In this document: positions 1 through 12,773 of the stretch, piece by piece | Numbering within the stretch: the first letter of the stretch is position 1 | Layout of the letters: each line of letters opens with the position of its first letter | Assembly: GCA_002633005.1 (NCBI GenBank) | Contig: NMRA01000288.1 | Location: forward strand, 491,906 to 551,184 | DNA length: 59,279 nt | Direction of reading: 5' to 3' | Origin: Phoronis australis | Taxonomy: Eukaryota; Animalia; Phoronida | The notes under the pieces: model-generated | The model's input: only the letters and a program-made list of their open reading frames with translations | Database searches by the model: none | What the model was told of the DNA's origin: nothing | Position numbers and translations under genes: made by a program

Positions 1-1343
1 CACTTCCCAGAAGAACTGCTCACTTGAGAATGTTGATTTATAAACATGCTTTCGTAGTTTTCTCAGTAGGCCTATGTGAACCATAAATCAAAAACTGTCC
101 GATAACTATGCTGCAATTGGGCAAGCAGACGACATAATCAGTCGGCACCGAAGTTTGAATTTTGTAATTAATTACCAGTAGCATTGCCAAAAGTACTCAC
201 AATACCAACACTTGTACTATTGAAAGACTTTGAAAAGCGTTTCAATGCCGAAATTAATATTTTTTTCGTTGTTTTGGACAGTAAAGTAGATGCAAGTATT
301 TCTCGTGAAAATACACTAACCGGAAACTGCACCAGAAAGGTCAGGAGAGTTCAGCTCAACAGTCAGCATATGCCAGAGTTGCGAATCTGTTGTCTATAAT
401 CTATGCTGGCATGCAGGGTGTTACGGTATTTTGTCAACGGCCAATGATACTTTTGGATACTTATGTCAAGCACGCGCGTGAATTGAACGTTCAGCATTAC
501 TTCAGTCAAGGACTCCTTTGTTCAGTTATGTAGCCGGACGGGCGAGTTTTAAACTGGTCGACAATTTACCGCTCAGGCAGTTTTATTTTGAACTTCAGTC
601 TCTGCCTGCCACGGTCGGATATTTGGAATACTCTTTATGTTTGGTCGTCTCGACATGACAACCATGAGATCCAACTTGACTGACATCATGTAAGTTTATT
701 GGCGAAGTGGTAAACGCGGAGTCCATTTGAAAAGCGAACATCTACTTAAAATCAAAATAGAACAACGAACGTCTAATCAAAATGTGCCTATGGTCATCTC
801 GTTATTAACTAGCTGCCGTTTTTTTGTTTTTTTTTTGTTGTTTTTAGTCCCCGATTCAGTTTGCCGTAAAAGGTCCACAATACTGGAATATTCGAGCCCT
901 CATATTTTAGGCTGGGTGCGCGCATGTGAAGATAGACTTAAGGAATTGGCATTTACTGGAATGGTAAGGGTTTGTGGTGGATGTGGGGTGGTGTTTCGCA
1001 AGACTTGCTTACGATTTAGTAGCTAATCGGTCGGCTTCAGATGTGACAAGTGCGGATGTTTTTTTTTTCATTTTTCTCCTACGGTTGCGCTCTGGGTTTC
1101 GTTGTAACATGTCTTAACACCCTAATAGCCATTGAAATCACTAATGACTGGATCGTAGGATTTTTGTCTGTGATGTTCACTAGTTAAAACCTGATGAAAA
1201 ACCAAAAAAATTACGATAACCATGTTGTTATCTGAAGATATAGTGCACGGGGGGCGGCCGGGGGGAGGGGGTGTCAAAACCATCAATTTTTCGTTTGTAG
1301 TTTTCAAGTAAAGCGAACAATGTGATGAACGTTTATCTGTTTT

Positions 1344-1367
1344 TGACGTCATAGTACATTTACGTCA
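1344..1367. promoter_or_regulatory. Two CRE/bZIP-like sites about 100 bp upstream of the gene A start codon
   Basis: TGACGTCA at 1344-1351 and TTACGTCA at 1360-1367; function inferred from position only. Confidence 0.3.
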
Positions 1368-1442
1368 CATATTGTTTCGTAAGAGCGCTATATCTAAATT
1401 TACAAAGTTACTCGCATTGCGGTATACATTCATGGTGCCAAA

Positions 1443-1546
1443 ATGGCAGAACTTGAGAGAAGTTCGAGTATGTACGGCAGCTTGCCACTTGAAATCATCA
1501 AAGATGTGATGGAATATCGTGTTAACGATCTCAAGATCAGAAAAGA
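1443..1546 (+). CDS. Gene A exon 1 (putative divergent F-BAR-like protein); MAELERSSSMYGSLPLEIIKDVMEYRVNDLKIRK
   Basis: ATG at 1443 in AAAATGG context; donor GA|GTAAGT at 1546/1547 (phase 2); in frame with exon 2. An upstream non-coding exon is possible. Confidence 0.7.
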
Positions 1547-2006
1547 GTAAGTAACTGATTCCAAATAGCAGATAATCAGCATTGCAATGTGTTTTTTCGC
1601 AAAGAAAATAGTCGAAATTGATAGACTAACTTGTTTTTTTCGCAAATCCAGATGTTACCGGGATACCTTTTGTTTATTTGTTTACAATTGTACACCAGTT
1701 CAGTGCACGTGTTTTTCTAATAACTTGACAAACTGAGTGCACTGGCCACAAGAATGTTTGTTTCTAACGCATTCCTTACCGAGTCTTCCATACATAGTAT
1801 GTTTTGCGATAAAAAAAATGTATCAAGAAGACGAACAATTATTGCACTCACTCTACCAGTTCAAAACTCACGCAACTTGGGAAATGTATTTTAAATCAAT
1901 TTTTAACGTTATGTTAGCTCATTGTTCTGCAAAGATTCGACATTCTGCTGCTTTCCATTATCCCAAATGCAGATTTGTTAATCCCATAAGCACTTTTCAT
2001 TTAAAG

Positions 2007-2140
2007 GGTGCAGAACAACCTGGCAAAGTACTATGAAGCTGAGATGAAGTGTTGTAAGGAGATGGGAAAAGTTGTAAGCAGGCTTGTAAGAGAAATGGAC
2101 AGAAGGCAGCAAAAGACTATGAAGCTTTGCAAGGCAGAAA
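2007..2140 (+). CDS. Gene A exon 2; EVQNNLAKYYEAEMKCCKEMGKVVSRLVREMDRRQQKTMKLCKAE
   Basis: ttttcatttaaAG acceptor and GTGAGT donor; 134 nt, phase 2 to 1, open frame. Confidence 0.75.
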
Positions 2141-3709
2141 GTGAGTATATTCGCGGGTATTACATAGGCTCGTGTTTCTGATCGTAACACTTGATGTATA
2201 CAAACTGAATTGGTCACTGCACTATAACTTTTTACTTATAGAAAAACATATACTTAAATGAGAACTAATCACTCTCTTGACAGAGTTGCCACGTGGATCG
2301 GGATTTGCCGTAACGAAAAGGCTATTCCGACAGCGAGTTAAAATCAGTTTAACAGGGAGACAGCCTGGCTTCACCCCGAACAGAGCATTCTACTGTTACG
2401 TATATTGTCACCCGCGACGGTAATATATATACAATAGTACCTAGTCAGAAAATATATGCCGTCAACATCAACACATATTGACTTCGGGACAATCATATGT
2501 GTTACTGCGACAATATATGTCACAAAAAATTACCTCAAAATCCAAAGAGGAATGGTCTACGAAAGGCAGTCGGTCTATGGAGGTCTAAAACTCTTTATTC
2601 AAAGGCAAACTAATGTTAAGTTTTAACTTTTTTCAAAACTTTAACGTAAGACGAATGTTAGCCATTTGAAGAAAAATTAACGTAACCCAGTTTCCTGGGA
2701 CGGGCCCCAATTTTTACGGTGTCAACCATATTAAGGAACGTGCGTCAGCGGTCTCTGAAATATCGATGAGGCGTGCACAGGATTCCGGCACCTGGGGTGT
2801 CGGGACGATATCGGTATCACTTCCTTCATTTCTTCGCCTCGTCCCATTCTTATTAGCGACCAATTTTGCCACCGCCCCTATTGCAGTGCCACATGGGTAG
2901 CCAAACCTGGTGGATTGATTAAGCCAAGAAGCACCATGAATCGTATAATTATTTTGAACAAACAGGAGTCTTAGATCCTTTTACCACTCCTATAGCTTTA
3001 TTAGTTTTATGTCCCTCTAATGAAATTATTCGGTTGTAGTTATTGTTTCGACTTTTTTAATGTTTATTACGAAATACAATGAATATACAAAACCCAGAAA
3101 GCGCCGAGACGCATTAGATCTGGGTAAAAAATACAAAGAAGTCTATATACAATTTTTATATACGAATACATAAATAAAAAACTGATGTTACGAATACAAT
3201 GATAAATGACAACGAATGAAAATAATTCATTTTCATACTGATATATAAAATTCTATCCACTCACACAAAGAGATTTAATGTTATAAAGAAATTCTGATAC
3301 TATTTCAAATAAAACCTTATTTTCGTTTGAGTTAAGTTCTTGACATCCATATAGAAAGAAATTAATTTTGTTGTACAATATTGTTTCGACTTGCGCCTAG
3401 ACGTTTATGTGGAACTAACTTAGAAATAAAACAGTTGCTAACGAACCAGGGTCGTAGGAAGGTGCATACGAAAATTACTGAAGGGCACGGACATATTCCG
3501 CTTAGCACCAAGGATTAGTAGGGCCTACAGCTTAAAATGCTATACTAAATATCGGCAATAACAGGCTGCAGAAGTATTAGTGACCAAAGGGCTCGTGCCC
3601 GCGATCCCTGAGCTTCATATAGTCCTGGTAGACGTACTTAAAATACCAGTCATGTCACTAGGCTTAAATTTACAATGTTTTCAAAATGTCTGCTCACAAT
3701 CTCTCGTAG

Positions 3710-3830
3710 GCCAATATACGAAAAAGATCGAAGAGTTCTGGAATTTCATGGACTCACGCAAAAATGACCTCCAAAGAAGACTTGATGTCATGAAATATGA
3801 CGCAGAGAGGTCGATGGTTGTATTCAAGTC
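3710..3830 (+). CDS. Gene A exon 3; SQYTKKIEEFWNFMDSRKNDLQRRLDVMKYDAERSMVVFKS
   Basis: ctctcgtAG acceptor and GTAAGT donor; 121 nt, phase 1 to 2; lies within ORF 3580..3834. Confidence 0.8.
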
Positions 3831-4637
3831 GTAAGTTTGATTGTAGTGATGGCAGTGTTCAACTGCTATCTGATTATGGTAGTCAAACAGAATTAAGACA
3901 CCTCAATTGTAGGCCTAGTAACATAAATTTCACTTGAAACGCTATTATTTCTGAAGAAAGTCACTCAGCGAAGTTGCAATTCTGCTAAATCAACATCCAA
4001 CGAAAGTGACCTACTTCTTTAAATTAGCTCAAAATACGTATACCTGCTGCTTTAGCCTTTAATTTCTCGGAACTGAACAAATTAACATGATGCATGTAAA
4101 TACTTAAAAGTTCAAAATTCTGTGTGATTTGGTTTATTTTACGGATTGCTCTTTCATGAGAATTATGGTAATCAAAGAAAAAGGAGCTAGAACATGATCA
4201 TTAACATAGTCCACCCTCACGGCTTCAAAAGTAGAACGTCAAGACAACTGGCCATGGCTCCTTTCAAATGCTAAAATAAGGACAAAGATTAATTAATTAC
4301 GAGTTTGCCATGTTAAATAAATTTCTGTATGCATGTGATCCGTTGAAATTCGTCCTAACTGCGTGCCTTTTGCTCATTACCGAGACTTTCTGCAGTCATA
4401 TCGCCGAACTACATTTGGAGGCAAAGTTTCATTAGCTTTAAGTGTCTGCAACTTTTGTAACCCACCAGCCTGCGCTACCTGCGCTTGTATGCTGTACTGC
4501 TGTGAGAATAATTTCAACAGATGTGAATTGTTCACCTGCACCTGCATCGCCATAAGCTGGTTAGAGAGTTGGCTACGACGTTTTGGGGTTAAACCAAGTG
4601 TTATTGTAAAGTAGTGTATTATTTGTATGCTCTTTAG

Positions 4638-4740
4638 AAGCGTAGAGAGCATGGATACAGGGAAAAGAACTGCTCAGCAAGTTGTCAAAAGAAACATCGT
4701 GAAGGAGAAATGTCAGAAGAAAGTCGATAAGTTGACCGAC
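4638..4740 (+). CDS. Gene A exon 4; SVESMDTGKRTAQQVVKRNIVKEKCQKKVDKLTD
   Basis: ctctttAG acceptor and GTAAGT donor; 103 nt, phase 2 to 0. Confidence 0.8.
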
Positions 4741-4810
4741 GTAAGTAATGACAAATATGTGTGAAGCGTGACAAAAATAGAAACGTTAGCTGGTGATTTT
4801 CTTATGATTG

Positions 4811-5045
4811 CATGCGCACACCCAGGGAGCCCCCATTTGGCGAAGGAGGCAAAAAGGTCCGCCTCGGAGAGACAAAAAGTCCGGGAAAACGAGACAAAAG
4901 TCCACTAAAAACGCGAAAACGCACAATTCACAGCTCCGAGCGTGGTACCCCGTGATTTTTTTAGTCCGTCCGCTTTTTTGTTAGTAAAAGGTCCATATCG
5001 TCGGCAATTCGAGCCAACCCATTTTAAAGGTTGAGTGCGCGCATG
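4811..5045. mobile_element. MITE with CATGCGC(A/G)CAC TIRs and 5-bp TSD
   Basis: CATGCGCACACCCA...TGAGTGCGCGCATG; GATTG on both sides; related copy at 51303-51576. Confidence 0.75.
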
Positions 5046-5597
5046 GATTGCTACCGCTGCTTCTCACTTTCCTTTGTATTTCTGCGTTTTAGCTCATCGA
5101 ACCTCCTCTGTCGGCAGCTGTTAGTACATCTAATGATATTTTTGTGCATTTTTGTTCAACAAGAGAATCAATGAAAGTAATTTACAGCGGAACAAAATGC
5201 TTCGTCGAAGACACCCGGTATCAAAGTTTTAGATTTTTCGCAAAAGAGTTTAAGATGGCGCCAGTACACAGTATTAACAAGATCTCTCACCTACTGTGCC
5301 TTCTCACGTCTTTACTGCTTGGATATTGAAAACACCAAACTGCCTGGTTTTATTGTGCTCTGTCTAATAGTCTTCATTAAGCGTTAACGAATTTGCTACG
5401 AATGCCTTGCCGCGGACGTCTTTTCAACAGAACGACCCTGTGTTCGGTTTGTTCTAACCAACCTTTCCTGACAGTTCTATCCACCACATGTGATCGGTAC
5501 ATTCTGTCCTGGCCAACATCTCACTAGCGGCTTTTCGCCCGATGTGCCCGCGTGGGACATGCATCCATGCACAATTTTGCCTTGTTCTCTATTGAAG

Positions 5598-5768
5598 GAA
5601 GAGCCTCGGCTGGCAGAAAGTCACAGAAAAATGGACATGAGGTACAGAACAACAGCTCGAGTCCACCGTCAAGCGTGGGTGGCTTCAAAGAATGACGTCA
5701 CAAACAACCAAGTGACAAAAGCCATGTATGAAAGCGCCAACCAAAGTCTGATCACGGAATGTGCCGAG
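5598..5768 (+). CDS. Gene A exon 5; EEPRLAESHRKMDMRYRTTARVHRQAWVASKNDVTNNQVTKAMYESANQSLITECAE
   Basis: ttctctattgaAG acceptor and GTGAGC donor; 171 nt, phase 0 to 0. Confidence 0.8.
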
Positions 5769-6108
5769 GTGAGCGCTACGGAAAAGCAACTGCGAAGAGC
5801 TTGTTCTAGGGATATCGTGGGTGAAATGTTAAAAACTCGGGTACATTGGATTGCATGATATACTTTTTCCCCTGTTAGTTAATATGATAACGATTAGTAT
5901 GTGTGCTTGCTGTTTCTAATTAATACAGTGGCACGTTTCAAGAGCAGCCCTTAAACTGCAAACATTGATCCATTCTGGATGAATGTCGTGCCTGAACGCC
6001 TTTACAAAAATCTCGATAACCCACATAGATGAAACAGAATGTCTCCAGTCTGTAGACACAAACAAGTGTTGTTTTTTCATAACACTTTTCCTATTTATAT
6101 ATTTGCAG

Positions 6109-6212
6109 CTTCATAAAAAAGCTGACCAGCAATTTGACAACACCATTCAGGAGGCGGACGCTGCCATCGACACGGTGATGCGCATAACATCAACTGACTC
6201 CCTGTTGGGACG
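6109..6212 (+). CDS. Gene A exon 6; LHKKADQQFDNTIQEADAAIDTVMRITSTDSLLGR
   Basis: atttgcAG acceptor and GTAACT donor; 104 nt, phase 0 to 2. Confidence 0.8.
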
Positions 6213-6888
6213 GTAACTAAGTCTTGTCAATACTAAATGGATAGAAGTAGTAACAAATCTACATTATATACTTTCCTCATCAGTGTGCAAAATTGGTTGC
6301 TATTTTCCTCGCGGAGCCCACTTTAATCAGCCACCGCATCACATAGATTAAGGTTAGATAGGCTATTTGCTATGAATACATGTCACCCGAAGATCATCAC
6401 AGCAGTAAGAGAAAATGTTATGTGCTTGTAACCCGCCAAGGAATTAAAAAACTGTTTACATCCGGGATCCATCTTTCTTGAAGTCACAACGAAATTGACC
6501 TCTGAACTGTTACTTTTTTCCCTAAAAATACTAACACCGGTTCGTTATAATCAACTGCAACCGTTTACACTCGACCTCAAAACAAAACTTCTAATTAGCT
6601 AAGATAGTAGCTGTGAATTAAAGTTAAGTTTGGTTCCCCGCGCACGATCGACGATAAATATGTTCTCAAACTGGCTTCTTCAATCACAATTTCCCAGACG
6701 AAATCAGTATTTTCTGAAACAAAAGTGAAACCAGCACTGAAATGTAAAGAAAATAAAAACGTTTTACTGATCGAACCACACATCTTGCGGGAGTATAAAA
6801 TGAGGAAAACCAAAATGTCGTTAGGAACAACTTTATCCCGAAGATTTTGGTCATTGCGCTAACCTCAAACAAATATTTTTCGTTTCAG

Positions 6889-7453
6889 TGGAGTACCATC
6901 AACACGCGTTAAGAGCACGCAGACTGACAGCGTCAGAATTGACCCAGTCTTACTATCAAAGCTGTGCTTTCCTGACAGCGCCGCTTCTAGTTCAACAGTC
7001 TTGTACATTCCTTGCACTAGCCTGTCAAATACTGAGTCAGAGAAGCCTCCCGACGACAAGCTGCCAAGGAGCAATTCCCCAGAGCCAAAATTGTCAAAAT
7101 CAGAAATGGAGTTCAGGAAAGGGCTTGAAGCTGAACTGAGGGAATCTCTCACAGACACCACAACATGTCCGACTTGGATCGACGGTGCACTCAGTGACAC
7201 GCAATTCAATCCACGCGCATGGGGATTCAACACCGATCCCTCATCTCCTGAGGAAGCCCAGCCATGTCCAAGCGAGAGATCTACCACCTCCTCCCCTGGA
7301 CTCCGTCATCAGAAAACATCGACGATTTTCGTTAAACCAGCGAGCTTGACTAGCAGTGATTCGGAAGTCAGCATCCTTTCGCTTCCTGTAGCATCCGAAT
7401 CTGGACCTTCAAAAGTCCCAGCTACTCTTTTGAAATCTGTGGAACATCGCTAA
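6889..7453 (+). CDS. Gene A exon 7 (terminal); Ser/Pro-rich low-complexity tail ending KSVEHR*
   Basis: ttttcgtttcAG acceptor, phase 2; reads in frame into ORF 7001..7453. Spliced CDS is 1302 nt, 433 aa. Confidence 0.8.
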
Positions 7454-7529
7454 ATCTCATCAATAGCGTCCACATCAAAAGGACTGTTAGCAAGCAACAT
7501 AGGTCTTACTTAGATAAATATGCAACTTT

Positions 7530-8151
7530 CTTCAGCCACTGCTGGCTTTTTCAAGCCAGTGCAACCTCTGGTGGATTCCGGTCAAAGTTCAGAAAATCGG
7601 CGGGAAACTTTAGCCAGAATCCTGTCTCAGGTGTTTGGTAAGTTGAAGCTCGCTTCCTTGACGGATTTTTAATTCTTTCGTGTTTATACTCTTTGACTCC
7701 CTGTTCAGACCAATTTTTCTGCTTGTCAATGATTAGTACATTGTCAAGGTCGAAGCTGTGGCTGGATGCCTGATAGTGGGTACACTCGGCATAAGAGTCA
7801 TAAGTGTTACCGGAGCTAGGTCGACGATGTTGGGACAACCGTATTTTCTAGGACTGCTTAGTTTTACCTACATAGGTTTCAGGGCACTCTTCACACTGTG
7901 TTCCACAAACCACACCAGCTATCTTTTCCTTAGGTTGTTTGTCCGTAGGGTTCACGAGTTCTTGTCTCAAAGTGCCAACAGGTTTGATAGACGTGGTGAT
8001 ATCAAATGTCCTGAACACATGTAGTAGTTGTTCAGAAACTCTTTCTACATAAGGAAAAGGTATCCTGGCCAATGGTTGATCAGGTTGAATAGCGTCAATG
8101 TTGTTGAGTGTTCTACGGGTAGCCTTGCTAAAGACCCAACGTGGGTACCTG
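7530..8151 (-). mobile_element. Penelope-like element remnant (GIY-YIG endonuclease part and 3' end), interrupted by the LTR element
   Basis: Degenerate frames PYVERVSEQL...GVVCGTQCEECPETYVGKTKQS and HSFDLDNVLIIDKQKNW..GVKE; homologous to the + strand copy at about 20690-21300. Confidence 0.8.
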
Positions 8152-8269
8152 AGTTGATGTTGCCGGATTTTGTATGTGATAAAATAAACACAGTCTTAGA
8201 CGGAAGCCATCTTTATTCCAACTCCCTCCACTAGCGCCACCTAACAGTTACATAACTAACTACTCAACA
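8152..8269 (-). repeat. 3' LTR (118 bp)
   Basis: Identical to 12774-12891; preceded on the - strand by the polypurine tract GACGGGGAAGG (8270-8280). Confidence 0.95.
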
Positions 8270-8436
8270 CCTTCCCCGTCTAGTTTTTTTTTTAAGACTC
8301 AAAAACGTTAACAGAAAAAAAATGATAAAGCTTATAGAAAACAAAGGTTAATACTAAAGTACATCAATGCTTGCTTACAGCAAACAGAAGCATCCTACAA
8401 CCCCTGAGTGTAATGATGTTACTATGTCTAAAACAC

Positions 8437-11400
8437 TTATTCTAGAAACCGTTTAGGAGTTTTCACTTGACGGCCGGAACGGGTGACATAATAGGGACTA
8501 TCACTGCTTGCAACGATGGGTGGTGTTGGTGGGCCATTTTCGTTGGTAGAATGATTCTCAGAGAGGTCTGACTCCACCGTAGGCAAATTATTTTGAATGT
8601 TAATAGGCATAGGTGTCACCACCGGAAGCAGGGGTGGGTTATACACCTGCTTGTGCATGCTCTCAAACTCAGAGTCTTGGTATCCCTGAACTACAGGATT
8701 TGATGGAGGCGCAGCAAGTCTCACTTGGGCTCTATTTCTACGAACCTGGCCGCGAGGTGTGTTAACAACATATGAACGCGGAGAATCATTACCTGCAACC
8801 TGCCCATAAGCCCAAGGACCAGATTTATTATGCGGAGAAGGTTTAACATAAACAAAATCACCTGAACGTATATCAGGTACATCACATCTGATATCCTTAT
8901 TATAGTTTAACGCAGCCCTTTGCCGTTTCTGCTCAATCTCAGACGAAACTAACGGAGAATACGCTGGAGTTAACAGTGACCTAGGAGTCGGAAGAGTACT
9001 TCTCGTTCGGCGACCCATACACCGCTGTGCTGGACTCAACGTGTGACCCTGCTGAGGAGTATTACGATAGTACAACAACCCTAAAGTGACATCATCACAT
9101 TTTTTAACAAGGGATTTAAACACCTTCACTGCCGACTCCGCTTTTCCATTACCCTGGGGCCAGTAGGGAGACGAAGTTTTATGTTCAATGGAATACATTG
9201 AGCAAAACGACGAAAATTCACGACTGATATACTGTGGCGCATTGTCAGTCAATAGTACTTCGGGTATCCCGTGACGTGCAAAGTGAGCCTTCGTTTTTTC
9301 AATTACTGTCATAGACAATGTATTTGGCAACAGGTCAATTTCAATAAAATCAGAAAAATGGTCAACCGTTACTAGGTACGCTTTCGAGTTGTACTCACAT
9401 AAATCTTGGCTAACGAATTGCCATGGATACTGTGGTATCGGTTGTGTCAACATAGGCTGCTTTGGGTTCTCTGAAGCAAATTGTGCACATTTACCACAAG
9501 CAGAACAATAATCTGTGATATCAGCCCTCATACCCGGCCAGTAAATAATATCCTTGCACAACCTTATGCAACTTTCAGCACCAGCATGAGAGGAATGTAT
9601 ACGCTTCAGCATGTCCCGCCGAAGCGAAGCAGGTACAACAGCCTGTAAGCCCCGATAAACTATACCGTCCTGGACAGACATCTCGTCTCTTATTGACCAA
9701 AAAGGAGCAAGTTGCATGGGTAGTTTTGATTTAGAATTTGGCCAACCATGTTGAATAACAGAACACAATTCTGTCAGCAAGGAATCAGAGGCTGTTCTTT
9801 GTTGTAACTCTTTCATGGTACTCGATGACAGCTGGGGATTATGTTCAGAGTCACAAAGAACTTTATCTACTCGAAATAGTTCAAAACTGTTAGGCTTAGC
9901 CTCGTTAAGAGCTAGAAGAGGGGCTCTAGACAAAGTATCCGCAATAAGTAGTGAAGTACCTTTCTTATAAATCACTGTCAGATTGTATCTCTGCAATCGC
10001 AACATTATTTTTTGCAACCTACGGGGGGCTTTCGCAAGGGGCTTCTTAAATATTGTTTCTAGGGGCTGGTGATCCGTGTGTACAGTTACTTGTTTCCCGT
10101 ATATCCAAAGGTCCCATTTCTCACAAGCAGAACAAATTGCAAGTGCTTCCTTTTCAATTTGGGCCCACATTAGTTCATTGGGGCGCAAAGTGCACGAGAC
10201 AAACGCAACAGGCTGCAACTTACCACAAGTCGCAGGCTGAAGGAGGGCACCACCTAAACCAGAGTCTGAAGCATCCACCTGAAGGACAATCGGTTTAGTG
10301 TAATCAAAATAAGCCAAACAAGGGGCATTCGTGATCATCTTTTTAGTTTTTTGAAATGCTTGTTGTGCAACCTTAGACCAAACAAACATGGAATCTCTCC
10401 TAGTCAAATCGTACAGTGGCTTGACAACAGATGACAAGTTTGGGCAAAAACTACCAAGATAGTTGACCATCCCTAGAAATCGTTCTACACCCTTTTTTTC
10501 AGTGGGGGCAGGCATGTCATTTATGGCTTTAACCTTGTTAGGATCAGCCTTAACACCAGACTCAGTAATTTGATGGCCCATGAAATTGATAGACTTGAGT
10601 TTAAATTGAACTTTATTTGGATTTAGTTTTAAACATCTGCTCTGGGCTCTTTCCATGAGTCTCACAACATTTGCGTCATGATCACGTTCAGCCTCCGCTG
10701 GACTGTCTCCAAGACCAAAGATCAAAATATCATCAGCAATGCTTACAACACCCGGTAAACCATCTAATGCTTCATGGATGCGTTTCTGGAATTCCTCCGG
10801 GGCAGAAGATGCACCATAAGGTAACCTAAGCCATCTGTATCTACCCCAAGGCGTTTGCATTGTGGTGGTCAGGCTTGACTCGTCATCAAGGCGCACTTGG
10901 GTAAAACCATCCAAGGCATCGACAATAGTAAAACACTTGTATGCTTTAGGAGATAAGCGTGGTAGTAACTCATGAATAGTTGGAATCGTATACTTGGGTA
11001 TGACAATAGCCTTATTGATTGTTTGACTAGGATCCAGACACAATCTTGTTTTAACATCACCTGACTCGGTGCGCTTCTCTACAACGTGCATGTTAGAGCA
11101 CCAATCAGTTGGCTCATCGACCTTAACAAGTTTGCCAGATGCAACCATCTCATTTAATTTAGCTTTCACCCTTTCACGTTTTGCAACTGGTAATCGGTGA
11201 ATGGGTGCATGAACTGGGGTTACAGAGGGATCCATCGTGAATTTTACAGGTTGACCTACATCACCCAAACCCCGAAAATTATCTGGATATTTATCAAATA
11301 GCAAATCTTTTGTGAGAGGGCGATCAGTGAGAACAGTGTTCACACCTACATCAGGTGTTTCCTGTTTCAAATTGGGGCCATAGACTCGAGTTTTGTCATA

Positions 11401-12747
11401 ATCAATCAGCTGCATTTTAAGAGCAGTTTGGTTCCCAAGCAATGCCATTTTAGATGACGATACAACCTCAACCTCAAAAGTATCAAATTTAGTACCCGTG
11501 TCACAAATCAGAGTGGCTTTCCCAACAGGCAATACCGTGTGGCCAGAATAGGATTGAAGGCGTGCTTGAGATGGAGTTAAGCTCTTAATATCCCCTAATT
11601 GTTTGAAAAGTTCGACTGGCATCGTATTGCAAGTTGCGGCCGAATCAAGCTGGAAGGGTATTTTAGAGAACTTTTTACCATCAACTGACATTGACAAACT
11701 AGTGAATAATTTGTGAGGCACATCATTGGCTACTAAATTCACATCATGAGTTAAACCTAAAGTATACTCAGCATTATTAGTTTGTTCAGTCCCCAAATGT
11801 TCATGTTCCACCATATTCAGTTGCTTTGAGTGTGACCCGCCTTGTCCTTGACCTTTGTACTGGCTTCTAGTATTTCGACAGACTCTAGCAAAATGATTAG
11901 GTCCATGGCACTTTAAGCATGTAACTCCAGGCCGTGCAGCAGGACAGTTCACGCGAGTATGTTTCTCATTCGCTCCACAGAAACCGCAAAATATATTGTA
12001 TTGCTTTGGCGCACGCGACTTATTTCTTGTCACAATTGACTCCTCGCGATCAGGCGCACGCGACTTGTGTGTCGTAAGGTTTACCGACTCCTCGAGACGT
12101 TGAGATTCCATGACCTTTTGATTTATAGTGTTCGCGGCCTCGTATGCCTTGGCCTTGCTAACTACATCGGCTAAAGTAAAAACACTACCGTCCTCTTTGA
12201 CATGCCTTAAAAGTTCTGCCCTCAACTGATCATCCAAAATACCAGTCACAAAACGGTCACGTAACAACTCTTGCTCCGGGTTTTTCATTGTGCTGTATTT
12301 ACATTTTGATCCTAAATGTTTGATTCTCGACTCAAAGTCCGCAATCGATTCTCCACTTTTTTGTTTTCCCAATTCCAAAAATTTCATTCGATTGGCTAGA
12401 ACCGTGTCCTGTGTACTATACTGCTTTAGTAACATAGACTGCCACGTCCACGGAAAACCTTTATACAAGTCATCAAACCCGTCCTCAGGCGGAGTGTCAG
12501 TCATTGCTGGCACGAGAGTAGTCTTTAATATTTTCAACACTTCCATGGGAAGAGCTAGACGAAATGCGCAAATTTCCTCGGCATTACACTCCGGCTTCCA
12601 ATGTCTCCTGTCGTCTGCTTCATACTCAGATTTCCGCCAACCCTGCAGTGTGCAAAAATCTCCAAATACCTCTAACCACAATTCAACTGACTCTCGCTTG
12701 TCATCACAAGCCTACAGATCAAGCTTTGGTGGTTTAGTTTTTGACAT
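8437..12747 (-). CDS. Gag-Pol polyprotein (two CCHC knuckles, aspartic protease, RT, RNase H, integrase) with one in-frame TAG at codon 12
   Basis: CGFCGANEKHTRVNC and CLKCHGPNHFARVC knuckles; LDSAATCN protease; LPYGASSAPEEFQ and IADDILI RT; QVDASDSGLG and TDHQPL RNase H; HHCC zinc finger, TDNAPQY and GKAE integrase; order PR-RT-RH-IN. ATG at 12747, TAG at 12714-12712. Confidence 0.93.
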
Positions 12748-12755
12748 TTTTCGCG

Positions 12756-12773
12756 ATCCCACTCCTGACACCA
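12756..12773 (-). promoter_or_regulatory. Primer binding site, tRNA-Leu
   Basis: TGGTGTCAGGAGTGGGAT is the complement of the 3' end ATCCCACTCCTGACACCA of metazoan tRNA-Leu(CAG), recalled from known sequence. Confidence 0.85.

Noticed and set aside
654-688. Possible upstream coding exon of gene A (ATG...CAT|GTAAGT)
   Set aside because: No phase-compatible acceptor found before 1443; it could only be a UTR exon, which is unsupported
6865-7287. 140-aa antisense ORF; likewise 12290-12856
   Set aside because: Antisense shadows of the gene A last exon and of gag, with no independent motifs
12756-12773. tRNA-Leu 3'-end sequence as a tRNA gene
   Set aside because: Only 18 nt including CCA, adjacent to an LTR; it is the primer binding site
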